Assembly: GCA_021613535.1 (NCBI GenBank)
Contig: CP075494.1
Span: 14,384,001 to 14,448,000, forward strand
From: Adineta vaga
Lineage: Eukaryota; Animalia; Rotifera
Reading direction: 5' to 3'
Length of the DNA: 64,000 nucleotides
Notes under the pieces: generated by a model
The model's input: the letters and a program-made list of their open reading frames with translations, nothing else
Databases searched by the model: none
What the model was told of the DNA's origin: nothing
Part shown: one piece after another, positions 63,801-64,000 of the stretch
How the letters are laid out: the number at the start of each line of letters is the position of its first letter
How positions within the stretch are numbered: position 1 is the stretch's first letter
Program-made: the position numbers and the translations under genes

Positions 63801-64000
63801 GGTAGAAAGAGAGAGAGAGAGAGACGAAGTATAGCAAAGCTTAGATAAAATTGCAGCTGACGCATGTGCTTGCAATGGCCTTGTATCGTTTGGATTTTTT
63901 CTTTGCATGATCATCACATCAAATTCGTTTTTCGTCATCATCATTCACTCCCTTTTTTTTCATTCTGTACTCGAATAATCATTGTCGATTCTCATTTCTT

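Noticed and set aside
62029-63944. Several 60-125 aa ORFs in the right end
   Set aside because: They run through GA/CAA/T-rich microsatellites with no recognisable domains.

Overview
AT-rich (roughly 70% A+T by eye) eukaryotic genomic DNA with dense genes and very short (~50-60 bp) GT-AG introns. Gene content and style most resemble a bdelloid rotifer (inference). The left ~13 kb behaves like an accessory zone. It holds a tail-to-tail pair of bacterial-type genes catalysing consecutive steps: Pseudomonas-like ureidoglycolate lyase allA, and malate synthase G glcB, which carries a 53-bp spliceosomal intron. It also holds small secreted/surface proteins, a tetraspanin, a 755-bp foldback/MITE element with 198-bp inverted arms, a disabled F-box/LRR-type gene, an inverted telomere-like (TGTGGG) hairpin and an intronless non-metazoan-looking acyl-CoA oxidase/dehydrogenase. 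The middle holds a TRPM-like channel, tRNA-Glu(CTC), BRMS1/Sds3-like, acetyl-CoA carboxylase, MED14, TRM1 and RPL19 (with a candidate intronic H/ACA snoRNA). A micro-exon gene there builds a Thr/Ser stalk from 12 symmetric phase-1 exons ahead of a putative carbohydrate-binding domain. The right part holds an M15-peptidase-like secreted protein, a NHERF/PDZK1-like multi-PDZ locus, a U-box/Tyr-kinase-like gene, a divergent pair of unknown genes sharing a promoter motif, and ~3 kb of low-complexity non-coding DNA. All family assignments come from motif recognition by eye; no database searches were run.
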